A stretch of 64,000 nt of DNA from Candidatus Bathyarchaeota archaeon RBG_16_48_13 (GTDB lineage Archaea > Thermoproteota > Bathyarchaeia > RBG-16-48-13). Below the pieces are notes generated by a model. It worked only from the letters and a program-made list of their open reading frames with translations. It did not search any database and was not told the origin of the DNA. Positions 18,144-28,040 of the stretch are shown here, one piece after another. The stretch's first letter is position 1. Each line of letters opens with the position of its first letter. The DNA is taken from positions 123,761 to 187,760 of the forward strand of contig MEZH01000007.1 in assembly GCA_001775995.1 (NCBI GenBank), in the 5' to 3' direction. Position numbers and translations under genes: made by a program.

Positions 18144-19523
18144 CTAAAATGGGTTCTGTCTCAGGAATTCTCCATAGCGGATTAGGCATGACAACGCCTT
18201 GACGGCTCGTTCGGGTGTTCGGAATACAGGTATCCCAAGACGGTGCATTTTCATGCTTTCCTCCTTTTCGACATCTCCGCCACCCAAATAGACAACTATG
18301 ATGGGTTTTTCCGTAGTTTTCCGAAGGTTTTGGATCATTTCGGTGGCTCCAGGTATAGGGTCCCCGAATATTGTGATGAAAGCATCATAGCTGGGGTTTT
18401 TGATCGCTTCTTTCAGAACGGTCTCATATCTGGGAGAGTCTGCGTCTCCTGTCAAATCCAGGGGATTCTTGAGGATACAACGCGGGGGTATGGACTGAGA
18501 CAATTGTTGGAATAGATCATTGTCTAGACTCGGCAGCTTTATACCCTCAGACTCGCACGCGTCGGTAGCTAAGATAGCGGAGCCTCCAGAGGAGGTTACT
18601 ATCAAAGCCCGCCTACCTTTCGGCAGTTGCAGATAGGAAAGAGCTTTTGATGCATCATAGAATTCTTCCAGATTATCTACCCTTATGACGCCGGTCTGCC
18701 TGAAGGCAGCCGAGAAAATCTTATCATTACCCGCCAGAGACCTCGTATGAGACATTACTGCTCTGGCCCCGGCTTCAGTCCGCCCTCCTTTTATCATCAG
18801 AATTGGTTTCTTCCTAACTGATTTCCTCGCTATATCCATGAATCTTTTGCCGTCTGAGACGCCTTCTAGGTAGACTGAAATGACTCTGGAGGATGGATCT
18901 TCTACGAAGTATTCTATGAGGTCCAGTTCGTTGACATCGCCCTTATTTCCGAGGGCTACGAACTTGCTTATTCCTATACCATCATCTTTGGCCCAACACT
19001 CTATTGTAGCGCCTACAGTTCCGCTCTGCGAGATTATTGCAATCGGACCCTTCTCTCTAATCAAAGGCCAACTAGCGCACATGTTAGAATGCGGGTTATT
19101 GACGCCCTGGCAGTTTGGGCCAACTAGACGCATTCCAGATCGCTTAGCTATGTCAATCACATATCTCTGGAGCTCTTCACCTTCTTTCCCAGCTTCTGCA
19201 AAGCCTCCGGAAATTATTATGATCCCCCGGACATTCTTCTTAGCGCATTGTTCCATCACTGATGGAACGAATTTTGAAGGAACTATTATGACAGCCAAAT
19301 CGATCGGGTCCGGGACAGCATCCAAAGATGGATAAGCCTTGACTCCCAAGATTTCATCTGCTTTGGGGTTTATGGGAAACAAGGCTTTGCTGTATCCTGC
19401 GTCGATAATGTTCTTCATAACTACGTTGCCGGTCTTGCCCTCTTCTCTTGAAGCACCCACAATAGCGATGGATTTAGGGTCAAATATAGCATCTAGACTT
19501 GAACTCATGTATTCCATCTCCAA
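18144..19523 (-). CDS. Acetyl-CoA synthetase (ADP-forming) alpha subunit / CoA-binding succinyl-CoA-synthetase-like protein
   Basis: N-terminal CoA-binding Rossmann 'SIAIVGASREEGKTGN', the 'SQSGT' segment and the phosphohistidine segment 'MSHTRSLAG'. Length 459 aa. Confidence 0.75.
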   Translation of the reverse strand: MEMEYMSSSLDAIFDPKSIAIVGASREEGKTGNVVMKNIIDAGYSKALFPINPKADEILGVKAYPSLDAVPDPIDLAVIIVPSKFVPSVMEQCAKKNVRGIIIISGGFAEAGKEGEELQRYVIDIAKRSGMRLVGPNCQGVNNPHSNMCASWPLIREKGPIAIISQSGTVGATIECWAKDDGIGISKFVALGNKGDVNELDLIEYFVEDPSSRVISVYLEGVSDGKRFMDIARKSVRKKPILMIKGGRTEAGARAVMSHTRSLAGNDKIFSAAFRQTGVIRVDNLEEFYDASKALSYLQLPKGRRALIVTSSGGSAILATDACESEGIKLPSLDNDLFQQLSQSIPPRCILKNPLDLTGDADSPRYETVLKEAIKNPSYDAFITIFGDPIPGATEMIQNLRKTTEKPIIVVYLGGGDVEKEESMKMHRLGIPVFRTPERAVKALSCLIRYGEFLRQNPF

Positions 19524-19530
19524 ACCTTTC

Positions 19531-19782
19531 TTAGGGTTTAACTTGATGATAACTAATCATGGTATAAACGTTTTTTACGCCTTCTTTGTCCCTCACATAA
19601 TGAACAAGGGATCTGAGATCCTGCAAATTCTTCAATTCAGCCTTGATAATGAGATCGTATTCTCCAGTTATTTCGTATATCTCTTTTACATCCTTCCGAA
19701 TGCTCAGTTCACCATATATTTTTCGGATATTTGGAACCGGCTCGATCTCAATACAGATGAACAAGACAATATTTGTCTCCAA
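19531..19782 (-). CDS. Stand-alone Lrp/AsnC C-terminal (RAM) domain protein
   Basis: 83-aa beta-alpha-beta-beta-alpha-beta pattern similar to the downstream Lrp regulator's C-terminus ('EVAGRYDFVLEI' versus 'EITGEYDLIIKA'). Confidence 0.55.
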   Translation of the reverse strand: METNIVLFICIEIEPVPNIRKIYGELSIRKDVKEIYEITGEYDLIIKAELKNLQDLRSLVHYVRDKEGVKNVYTMISYHQVKP

Positions 19783-19802
19783 ATACTTATCACCTCATTT
19801 TT

Positions 19803-20231
19803 CTATGAGCTGGTAATGACCATGGTTTCTGTCCTTTGGACACCTACGATGCTACTCATCTTTTCTGTCAGCAGAGTACGGAGATCCGCTGTATCTTTGG
19901 ATAATATTTCCAACACAAAATCGTACCTGCCAGCAACTTCATAGATCTTCTTGACGCATTCCATTCTTCTGAAACTATCTAATGTCCCACGGAGAGTTTT
20001 TGGATCGACGGTCACTCCTATAAGGGCCCTAATACCATACCCTAGCTTTGTGTAATCGACTTGTATGATAAACTTCTCTATTATACCCAATTCTTGCAGC
20101 TTTTTTATCCTATTGCATATAGTCGCTACGCTCACCCCAAACTTTGAGGCTAACTCGCGGTAAGGGACACGACTATCCTTTTCCAGGATATCCAGGAGTT
20201 TCAAATCGATTTCGTCTAGATCTCGTTCCAT
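19803..20231 (-). CDS. lrp: Lrp/AsnC family transcriptional regulator
   Basis: HTH 'YRELASKFGVSVATICNRIKKL' plus the RAM domain 'EVAGRYDFVLEI'. Confidence 0.8.
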   Translation of the reverse strand: MERDLDEIDLKLLDILEKDSRVPYRELASKFGVSVATICNRIKKLQELGIIEKFIIQVDYTKLGYGIRALIGVTVDPKTLRGTLDSFRRMECVKKIYEVAGRYDFVLEILSKDTADLRTLLTEKMSSIVGVQRTETMVITSS

Positions 20232-20384
20232 TTTTCTTCTTCCAAGAACCCAATCATTGACAAACGGTTAGAAGTGAACCCCGCCTTTCTTAAATTTTTA
20301 GTTATGTATTGAAAAGACATTAAAATTTTTCTTGAAAACGAGCTCTTTCCGAAAAAATTTAAAAGCAGAAATATTAATGAAAAG

Positions 20385-21746
20385 ATGTCTCAAGAAGGAG
20401 AAGATATGATGGAACGTTTAACTGAACCAAAGATCGTGGTAACACCACCAGGACCAAGAGCTAAGGGCATAATAGAAAGAGATTCCAAAGCGCTATCACA
20501 ATCATTGACAAGGACATCTCCTCTCGTGGGCGTAGAGACTGAGGACGTCTGGGTCAAAGATATAGACGGCAATGTGTACTTGGACATGGGTTGTGGCATA
20601 GCAGTGACAAATGTGGGTCACCGTCACCCAGAAGTCATTGCGGCGGTTAAGAAACAATTGGATATCTGCGATCATGTAAATAGCTGCGATTACTATACAT
20701 TGCCTCAGATAGAGTACGCGGAGAAGCTATTTCCTCTCATCCCTTGGAAAGGACAAAAAAGAATATTCTATGCGAACAGCGGAACCGAAGCCGTAGAGTG
20801 TGCGATCAAGTTAGCGAAATGGCACACGAAACGATACTATTTCATAGGATTCATAGGGGGATTCCACGGGAGGACTATGGGTGCACTATCGTTCACCACA
20901 ACGAGTACGTCAGCAAGAAAGTATTTTGACCCCCTGATGCCAGGGGTGTATCATACGCCTTACGCCTATTGCTATCGATGCTCCTTCAAACAATCGTATC
21001 CTGATTGCGGATTGTGGTGCTTAGGGTTCATTGAGGACGTCATAATGAAAAAAATGGTTAGCCCACAAGAAGTTGCAGGCATATTGGTAGAATCAATACA
21101 AGGTGCAGGTGGTTATATAGTTCCACCGAATGAGTTTTTGCCAGGTCTTAAGAAAATATGCGAAAAGAATGGGATACTCTACATAGATGATGAGGTCCAA
21201 TCAGGATTTGGCCGCACCGGAAAAATGTGGGCATGCGAACACTGGGGAATAGAGCCCGATGTCATATGTATGTCGAAAGCCATAGCAAATGGTCTGCCGA
21301 TGGGCGCGTGTGTAGCAAGGGCAGAAGTCATGGATTGGGAGGGAAATGCCCATGAAAACACGCTTGGTGGAAACCCAATAGTTGTATCAGCTGCTATAGC
21401 CGTCTTAGAAATAATGAAGAAACAGGGTCTGTTGGAAAATGCAACAAGAGTGGGGAAATATCTTATGAAAACATTGAAGGAGCTGATGGCCCGCCACGAG
21501 ATAATAGGAGATGTGAGAGGAAAAGGACTGATGGTAGGGATAGAGCTAGTTAAGGATCGAAAGACAAAGGTGCCTGCAACAAAAGAGAGAGATGAGATAA
21601 TAGACGAAGCATTCAAGAGAGGACTATTGCTACTGGGCGCTGGACCTTGCAGTTTGCGTTTGGCACCGCCATTGACCCTCACTGAGGGGCACGTGGACAA
21701 GGCAATAGAAATAGTCGAAGGAGTCATTAAGAAAGTGGAGAGATAG
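20385..21746 (+). CDS. Class-III (acetylornithine/4-aminobutyrate-type) PLP-dependent aminotransferase
   Basis: 'SGTEAVECAIKLAK', 'DDEVQSGFGRTG' and the PLP-lysine region 'CMSKAIANG'. Confidence 0.85.
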   Translation: MSQEGEDMMERLTEPKIVVTPPGPRAKGIIERDSKALSQSLTRTSPLVGVETEDVWVKDIDGNVYLDMGCGIAVTNVGHRHPEVIAAVKKQLDICDHVNSCDYYTLPQIEYAEKLFPLIPWKGQKRIFYANSGTEAVECAIKLAKWHTKRYYFIGFIGGFHGRTMGALSFTTTSTSARKYFDPLMPGVYHTPYAYCYRCSFKQSYPDCGLWCLGFIEDVIMKKMVSPQEVAGILVESIQGAGGYIVPPNEFLPGLKKICEKNGILYIDDEVQSGFGRTGKMWACEHWGIEPDVICMSKAIANGLPMGACVARAEVMDWEGNAHENTLGGNPIVVSAAIAVLEIMKKQGLLENATRVGKYLMKTLKELMARHEIIGDVRGKGLMVGIELVKDRKTKVPATKERDEIIDEAFKRGLLLLGAGPCSLRLAPPLTLTEGHVDKAIEIVEGVIKKVER

Positions 21747-21764
21747 AAGTAACTCTCTTTTTTT

Positions 21765-22217
21765 CTATTTCTTTTTGGTCTGTAAACGAGTCAAGGCTTC
21801 TTTTGCCACTCTCTTGCCGAAACTCTTGCAATCATCTATCAGAAGGAAGGAGTCAACAGGAACCCTAGCCAAGCCTGGCTCTATTACATCCATCTCGAAA
21901 GCTCTCAAGGCTAGCGTCATGATTTCCACAGCTCCTCCACCCCACCCATAAGATCCAAATGTAGATCCCACTTTGCCCTTGAGATCCTCTTTTCCCAGGG
22001 TATCCAAGAAGTTGCGCATCTTGGTCGACAAAGTACCGTAGTTGGTTGGTGTGCCGAAGAGAATTATGCTATGTTTGGCCAAATCTGTCTTGGTTGTCTG
22101 ATCAACCTTTTTGAGGGTGACCCTTGATCCCGCATCTTCAGCTCCTTCGGCAATGGCCTTCGCCATTTTCTCCGTGCTGCCAAAACGGCTGTCATACACA
22201 ATAAGCATATTTTCCAA
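21765..22217 (-). CDS. Flavodoxin-like FMN-binding protein
   Basis: N-terminal 'MLIVYDSRFGSTEKMAK' phosphate-binding loop typical of flavodoxin/WrbA. Length 150 aa. Confidence 0.6.
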   Translation of the reverse strand: MENMLIVYDSRFGSTEKMAKAIAEGAEDAGSRVTLKKVDQTTKTDLAKHSIILFGTPTNYGTLSTKMRNFLDTLGKEDLKGKVGSTFGSYGWGGGAVEIMTLALRAFEMDVIEPGLARVPVDSFLLIDDCKSFGKRVAKEALTRLQTKKK

Positions 22218-22329
22218 GTCAATTACCTCAATATGTGTTATCGTACTTTTATTGCTCTATATTCTTATATTCATTCTTCTTAAACTCTTTGAAAAGACTC
22301 TGCACTTATCTTAGAGGAGATGACCAGAG

Positions 22330-22977
22330 ATGGAGATCATGAAAGAAGTACACCTTATGAAGAAAGGTGCGGAAGCGGATATCTATTTGGGGGTGTGGTT
22401 CGGTAGAGAGTCCGTGGCCAAGTGCAGGGTCAAGAAGAAATACAGAGTTCCTAAATTGGATTTGGCTCTCAGAACCTCCAGGACTGTTCAAGAAGCTCAA
22501 CTAATCCACGAGGCAAAGAAAGCGGGAGTTCCAACCCCCACCTTGTTTTTCATCGATCAGCCAGGAGCAACATTAATCATGGAATTTGTAAAAGGAGAAA
22601 AAATCAAAGATATGATCGAAAGAATGCGATATGAGACAGCACGTGAGGTCTTCCTGAAAGTGGGCAAAGACATAGCGATGCTTCATAGAGCAGGGATAAT
22701 TCATGGTGACCTAACGACCTCAAATATGATACTGACAAGAGGAGAACAGGTAGTGTTCATAGATTTTGGCTTGGGAAGCCGTTCTGAGAAGGTCGAGGAT
22801 AAGGGAGTGGACCTACATTTGCTCAAGAGAGCACTTCAAAGTACGCACCACAAAAGGGCTGACGACTGTTTCCAAAGCGTTTTGGAAGGGTACCGACATA
22901 TGGCAAGCGATACATCTTCGGAAGTTATTGAAAGAGCATATGAAATAGAAAGGAGAGGTCGTTACGCAATCCGCTAA
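22330..22977 (+). CDS. bud32: KEOPS kinase/ATPase Bud32 (Kae1-associated kinase)
   Basis: 'GAEADIY' glycine loop, catalytic 'HGDLTTSNMIL' and 'DFGL'. The ~215-aa size is that of a minimal RIO-like kinase. Confidence 0.8.
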   Translation: MEIMKEVHLMKKGAEADIYLGVWFGRESVAKCRVKKKYRVPKLDLALRTSRTVQEAQLIHEAKKAGVPTPTLFFIDQPGATLIMEFVKGEKIKDMIERMRYETAREVFLKVGKDIAMLHRAGIIHGDLTTSNMILTRGEQVVFIDFGLGSRSEKVEDKGVDLHLLKRALQSTHHKRADDCFQSVLEGYRHMASDTSSEVIERAYEIERRGRYAIR

Positions 22978-23002
22978 GACCGTATACTTCGCTACTACGA
23001 AT

Positions 23003-23533
23003 GTGAATAAGTTTCACGAGGCAAAGTCTGCCCTTTCAGAAATGAAGATTAGGGTTCTAATGTTGAAGAAGAGAAAGATCGAAATTCAAGCTGACAAGAT
23101 AGAAGAAGTGGTCAAAAGAAGCGCTCTTTGGATTACTGAAAAAGATGCTCGCCCCATCATCGTTGAGGACGCGGGGTTCTTCATACGAGCAATGGATGGT
23201 TTCCCAGGTCCCTACTCTTCCTATGTCTACAGGAAGATTGGTCTGGTTGGAATTTTGAAGTTACTTGATCATTCCACCAATCGAGTGGCGGAATTCCGTT
23301 CCGCGGTTGCCTTCTGCAACCATGGCGATCTCATCAGGATATTCACGAGCTGTATCGGTGGAACAGTAGCCTATGAGAAGAGAGGGACCGAAGGCTTCGG
23401 TTTTGATCCCATATTTATTCCACACGGTGAGAACAGGACATTTGCCGAGATGACCATTGAGGAAAAGAATCGCAGATCACACAGAGCCAAGGCCCTCGAG
23501 GAATTCGCGAAGTGGTATCTGAGAAATTACTGA
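23003..23533 (+). CDS. Non-canonical purine NTP pyrophosphatase (Ham1/RdgB/ITPase)
   Basis: 'FGFDPIF' and 'SHRAKAL' C-terminal motifs. The conserved N-terminal strand 'TVYFATTNVNK' is encoded in-frame upstream of the only available start (GTG at 23003); see findings. Confidence 0.8.
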   Translation: MNKFHEAKSALSEMKIRVLMLKKRKIEIQADKIEEVVKRSALWITEKDARPIIVEDAGFFIRAMDGFPGPYSSYVYRKIGLVGILKLLDHSTNRVAEFRSAVAFCNHGDLIRIFTSCIGGTVAYEKRGTEGFGFDPIFIPHGENRTFAEMTIEEKNRRSHRAKALEEFAKWYLRNY

Positions 23534-23720
23534 TTTGATGCATCAAATCACCTAGACTCTTCAGAAGCGTCCCAATGGATTTCTAGAGCCAAAGCTGCAG
23601 TTATTACGCCCAACGAATAGTGTGATCAGAAGGCCTCGCAGATGTTCTCTTAGATATTGATGATTGATCTCCAAGCCAGAATATGATAACATACTCTTGA
23701 TGTTTTAATTCTGCTAGGTT

Positions 23721-24092
23721 CTAGATCATAATCTTCCTGAGCTTCTCCAATTCCTTCAGAGTCTCTGCGAACTCTTTCCTCGTTTCATAAATGGTCAGAG
23801 GTTTCTTCTTGAATTTGGATTCAAGAAGACCCGCCGTTATCATAGCTGCGCCGATTACATCAGATATCTCAGTTGGCTCGGGGAAAAGTATCAGAGAGGT
23901 GCCTATTTTTATGAGTTTTGATTTCTCGTCCATCGTTTCAGGTTTTCCAGACATTTTGTTCAGAGAGGTAGTCATTTTGGAGAGGCCGTTTTGAGTCTTG
24001 CCAAATTCCTCTAGAGTTTTGGCCCTCTCGTCTAGGGAAGCCGTTATTTTTCTTATGTTTTCCTTTTTTACCTCTTGATTCAAATGAAACAC
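23721..24092 (-). CDS. Hypothetical protein (123 aa) with coiled-coil and amphipathic/hydrophobic segment
   Basis: ORF on the opposite strand between Ham1 and Kae1. No recognised motif. Confidence 0.35.
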   Translation of the reverse strand: MFHLNQEVKKENIRKITASLDERAKTLEEFGKTQNGLSKMTTSLNKMSGKPETMDEKSKLIKIGTSLILFPEPTEISDVIGAAMITAGLLESKFKKKPLTIYETRKEFAETLKELEKLRKIMI

Positions 24093-24524
24093 CGCCCGGC
24101 AGAATGATTTCGAATATAGAGGGTTGCGATCATATTAAAGACTTACTGCAAATGAGCACTCTCCAATGGAAGCTCTCGGCAGAGGAATTGAGGTTCACTC
24201 CATTTTTCTGGAACACTTGTAAAAATGCCAACATGATAGGGGGAGCTGACAAAAGACAGAAAATGGTCAGTCTATCTCGATATCATTCCCGTTGATTTTG
24301 CTGATACTATCTATAATTGGTAATGGATGGATCCTCGGTACAAACCTCTCGCTTGTGCCAACAAAGAACAACAGGGAATGGATGATCAATAAGGTCTTGA
24401 ATCGAATTCATTCTAACTCCGTATGACATTATTGACGTCACATTGTAGATTATATTTAAAGACTCATCGGACTCATTGTTCTATCTGCAGAAGGTCACTT
24501 GAACATGAATACTCTGGGATAACT

Positions 24525-25517
24525 ATGAAAGATGGTATCTCAACTTGCATTGGAATTGAGTCCACCGCTCATACGTTTGGCGTCAGCGTGGTTTCTTCAT
24601 CAGGCAAGATCTTTTGCGATGTCAAGAAAACATACAAACCCCCTCCTGGAAAAGGAATTCATCCACGAGAGGCAGCTCAGCATCATGGCTTGCATGCTGG
24701 GGAGATTTTGTCCAGCGCAATGGAGGAATACGGAGAAAAGCTTGATCTAGTCGACGCGGTCGCATTTTCAATGGGCCCTGGTCTGGGACCGTGTCTCCGC
24801 ACAGGGGCGACTGTTGCTAGAACACTTGCTCATAGATTGGAGAAACCTTTAACGCCGGTCCATCATGCCATAGCACATTTGGAGATAGGCAAGTTGGTCA
24901 CAGGAGCAGTTGATCCACTCGCTATCTTGGTCAGTGGTGGTCACACAAACATCACCGCTTTTTCCGATCATTTCTGGCGGATCTATGGCGAGACGGAGGA
25001 CATTACTCTAGGAAACCTCATAGATGGTTTCGCCAGGCAGGCAGGAATGTCTTCTCCCGGTGGCCCGATGATAGAAGAATTTGCCAAGAAAAGCAAGAAC
25101 TACATTGATCTACCATACGTCGTGAAGGGAAATGATGTTTCATACTCAGGTCTGTTGACCGCGCTCTCCGGAAAGCTCGCGGAAGGAGAAGAACTTGCGG
25201 ATCTCTGCTACAGCTTGCAGGAAGTTGCCTTCGCGATGTTGACGGAGGCGGCTGAAAGAGCCCTAGCTCATACTGAGAAGAAAGAGGTCTTACTGGCAGG
25301 CGGGGTAGCTGCCAACCTTCGCCTCCAAGAAATGGTGAAGCAGATATCAGAAGACCATGAAGCCCAGTTTTTTGCAGTACCATTGAGATTCAGCGGAGAT
25401 TGTGGAGCTCAGATAGCTTGGACGGGTTTACAGCTAAATGCGCGGGGAGTAGAGATCGAGATTGAGAAGAGCTTTGTGAAGCCCCGATGGCGCATGGATT
25501 CAGTTTATATCCCATGA
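24525..25517 (+). CDS. kae1: tRNA N6-adenosine threonylcarbamoyltransferase Kae1 (KEOPS catalytic subunit)
   Basis: N-terminal 'CIGIESTAHTFGVSVV', metal-binding 'HHAIAHLE' and the C-terminal 'LAGGVAAN' ASKHA motif. Start placed at the ATG at 24525 (331 aa); the track ORF extends to 24423. Confidence 0.85.
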   Translation: MKDGISTCIGIESTAHTFGVSVVSSSGKIFCDVKKTYKPPPGKGIHPREAAQHHGLHAGEILSSAMEEYGEKLDLVDAVAFSMGPGLGPCLRTGATVARTLAHRLEKPLTPVHHAIAHLEIGKLVTGAVDPLAILVSGGHTNITAFSDHFWRIYGETEDITLGNLIDGFARQAGMSSPGGPMIEEFAKKSKNYIDLPYVVKGNDVSYSGLLTALSGKLAEGEELADLCYSLQEVAFAMLTEAAERALAHTEKKEVLLAGGVAANLRLQEMVKQISEDHEAQFFAVPLRFSGDCGAQIAWTGLQLNARGVEIEIEKSFVKPRWRMDSVYIP

Positions 25518-25551
25518 GACACCATTCTGTCAACCTTAAAATATAGGTGAA

Positions 25552-27405
25552 TTGAATATTTTTGAAGCGATTCTCGAGCAAAAGTGGGAATCATTCGAGA
25601 GAAACCTCATGTCTTCAGAACTTAGACAGCCTATAGTCTGCGTCCTGGGGCACGTGGACAGTGGAAAGACATCTCTTCTAGATAAGATTAGAGGTACCGC
25701 TGTGGCCTCGCGAGAAGCTGGTGGGATTACACAGCATATAGGCGCAAGTTTTTTTCCTTTGGCAACTTTGGAAAAAATATCCGGAACCATTTCAGCCAAG
25801 ACGAAAATGGAGATTAAGATCCCAGGTCTGTTAGTCATAGACACGCCAGGCCATCAAAGTTTCTTGAATCTAAGGAAAAGGGGGGGCTCCGTTGCCGATA
25901 TAGCTATTGTAGTTGTGGATGCAATGAAGGGATTTGAAATTCAGACCTACGAAAGCATTGACATACTAAGAGCTAAGAAGACACCTTTCATTGTGGCAGC
26001 CAATAAGATTGACCAGATCAACGGTTGGAAATCCCTTGGAAATACGTCGATTCTCAGATCTCTCAGACAAGAGGAACCCTATGTTGTCAAAGACCTTGAT
26101 GGAAAACTATACGCTATCATGGGGACCTTGTCCAGATTAGGCTTTAAGTCGGAAAGATTTGATAGGATCACTGATTTTGCCAGAAACGTGGCTATTGTTC
26201 CTGTGAGCGCTAAGAGTGGCGAAGGCATAGCAGAGTTGGTCACCGTTCTGATAGGGTTGACTCAACAATTCCTCCAAGAAACCCTGACAATCTTGGAAGG
26301 ACCGGCAAAGGGCAGTATACTTGAGGTCAAAGAAGAACCTGGATTAGGTCTCACATTAAACGCAATAATATACGATGGGACTCTGCATGAGGGAGATCAG
26401 ATTGTTGTTGCTGGAAGAGACAAGGCAATAGTAACAAGAGTCAGGGCGATCTTTCTGCCTAAACCATTGGACGAGATTAGGGATCCTACTGATAGATTCG
26501 CGTCAATAAGGGAAATTCACGCGGCTGCTGGGGTCAAAATAGCTGCTCCCGGACTGGAAGATGTGGTGACTGGTTCTCCGATCTACGCTGTCCCCAAAAA
26601 CCGAACACCCGAAGAATTCGCAAAAATTGTTACAGATGAAATCAGCGGGCTTCGCATAAAGACCGATAAGATGGGCATCATTTTGAAAGCTGATGCTCTG
26701 GGCTCCCTAGAAGCTCTTACATGGGAACTCGAAAACAACGGTGTCACCGTGAGGCTCGCTGATGTGGGAGATATTTCAAGGAGGGATGTGATACAGGCCG
26801 CTACCGTCAAAAGAAAGGTGGCAACTCAGGGAGTTGTACTGGCGTTCAATGTGAAAATTCTTCCAGATGCTGCTGAAGAGGCGAGAAAGTCTGGGGTTCC
26901 GATTTTTAAAAATAATGTGATTTATCATCTCATAGAAGACTATTTGGATTTCGCAAAAGAAGAACAGAGGGCTAAAGTGAAGAAGGAGTTGGGAGCCCTT
27001 CTAAGGCCGGCAAAGATTAGAATTATGCCAGGTTTCATAATTCGAAGAAACAACCCTGCCATAGTAGGCATAGAAGTCGTGAGTGGGAAGATACGACAGA
27101 AAACGAAGCTGTTGGACAGCGATGGCAAGGAGATAGGTCAGATCCTTCAGATCCAAGACAAAGGTCAAGCTATCGCCGAGGCCGGGGAAAAGATGCAGGT
27201 AGCAATCTCCATCGATGATCCTACAGTCGGACGTCAGATCTTTGAGGGCGATACTCTTTACGTTGATGTCCCAGAGAGCCATGTTAAGGACTTACTCCAG
27301 ACCTATAGGACTGAGATCACAGAAAATGAGATAAAGACTCTGGAGGAGCTCATTCAGATAAAGAGGAGAGAGAGACCACTTTGGGCTTTTGGGTCTACTC
27401 TATGA
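25552..27405 (+). CDS. infB: Translation initiation factor aIF5B (IF-2 homolog)
   Basis: G-domain 'GHVDSGKTSLLD', 'DTPGH' and 'NKID', then beta-barrel domains. Length 617 aa. The true start is possibly the Met at about 25609. Confidence 0.85.
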   Translation: MNIFEAILEQKWESFERNLMSSELRQPIVCVLGHVDSGKTSLLDKIRGTAVASREAGGITQHIGASFFPLATLEKISGTISAKTKMEIKIPGLLVIDTPGHQSFLNLRKRGGSVADIAIVVVDAMKGFEIQTYESIDILRAKKTPFIVAANKIDQINGWKSLGNTSILRSLRQEEPYVVKDLDGKLYAIMGTLSRLGFKSERFDRITDFARNVAIVPVSAKSGEGIAELVTVLIGLTQQFLQETLTILEGPAKGSILEVKEEPGLGLTLNAIIYDGTLHEGDQIVVAGRDKAIVTRVRAIFLPKPLDEIRDPTDRFASIREIHAAAGVKIAAPGLEDVVTGSPIYAVPKNRTPEEFAKIVTDEISGLRIKTDKMGIILKADALGSLEALTWELENNGVTVRLADVGDISRRDVIQAATVKRKVATQGVVLAFNVKILPDAAEEARKSGVPIFKNNVIYHLIEDYLDFAKEEQRAKVKKELGALLRPAKIRIMPGFIIRRNNPAIVGIEVVSGKIRQKTKLLDSDGKEIGQILQIQDKGQAIAEAGEKMQVAISIDDPTVGRQIFEGDTLYVDVPESHVKDLLQTYRTEITENEIKTLEELIQIKRRERPLWAFGSTL

Positions 27406-28040
27406 GGTGGTCCGCAATTTGATCGAAGATAACGGCTGATACTAGAGAATATGATATGAATAGATCTCTTTGAGTAACGCCAACTTAGGTTCTCCGATCA
27501 GAAATCTGCATTGCCTTCTCAATGCGTCTTCTTTCTTCTTCTGGAGAGGAAAAAAGCGCCTTTTTCATAATCCTGAGATCTCGGCTCAGAAGCCGCCAAA
27601 AATATCGAATAAGCGCGTAAATTAGTTGAAATGCCCTGAGAGCTGGAATCTGTCGTTCAGAAGATGATGGAACGGAAAACCGGAGCGTTCTGTAGGTCAT
27701 AACCGAATTCAATCAAGATGAAGGAGAATTCCGAATGCAGAATCCGGCGCATCGGTTAGGGAAAATAACTTCTTGTAAAATGCGCAATGGGCGAGGAAAA
27801 GAGGAAGCAAACTGAATTGCCAGACATCGGGAAGAAGTGGTTCGTGTCAGCATTGCATTTTTTGTTTCAAACAAAAGATGCCGGTGCGTCGTCTTTTTTT
27901 GAATCATCGGACCTTATTTTGGCGAAAGTCGTAGGAGGCTTCCAGAAATGGCGTTGGAATTCGCATCCACATATTCTAACTTGCCGAAAGAAAAATGATT
28001 TGAAAGAATAAACTCTGATCTGAAGTCAGAATACTCTGTT

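Noticed and set aside
22330-23533. Bud32-Ham1 fusion protein produced by read-through
   Set aside because: The two coding regions are in different frames (+1 offset) with a TAA stop between them. There is no slippery sequence.
24104-24295. 63-aa plus-strand ORF upstream of kae1
   Set aside because: No motif and an atypical composition. More likely part of the kae1 promoter/5' region.
27485-27907. Two consecutive minus-strand ORFs (75 and 64 aa) separated by a single stop, and a plus-strand 74-aa ORF at 27787..28011
   Set aside because: They are low-complexity with no domain signature and would require stop read-through to form one protein. The region is treated as non-coding or a possible ncRNA instead.
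27900-27960. Possible RNase P RNA CR-I-like segment 'GCGAAAGUCGUAGGAGGC'
   Set aside because: The resemblance to the GGAAAGUCCGGGC consensus is weak, and no CR-IV or CR-V partners were found nearby.
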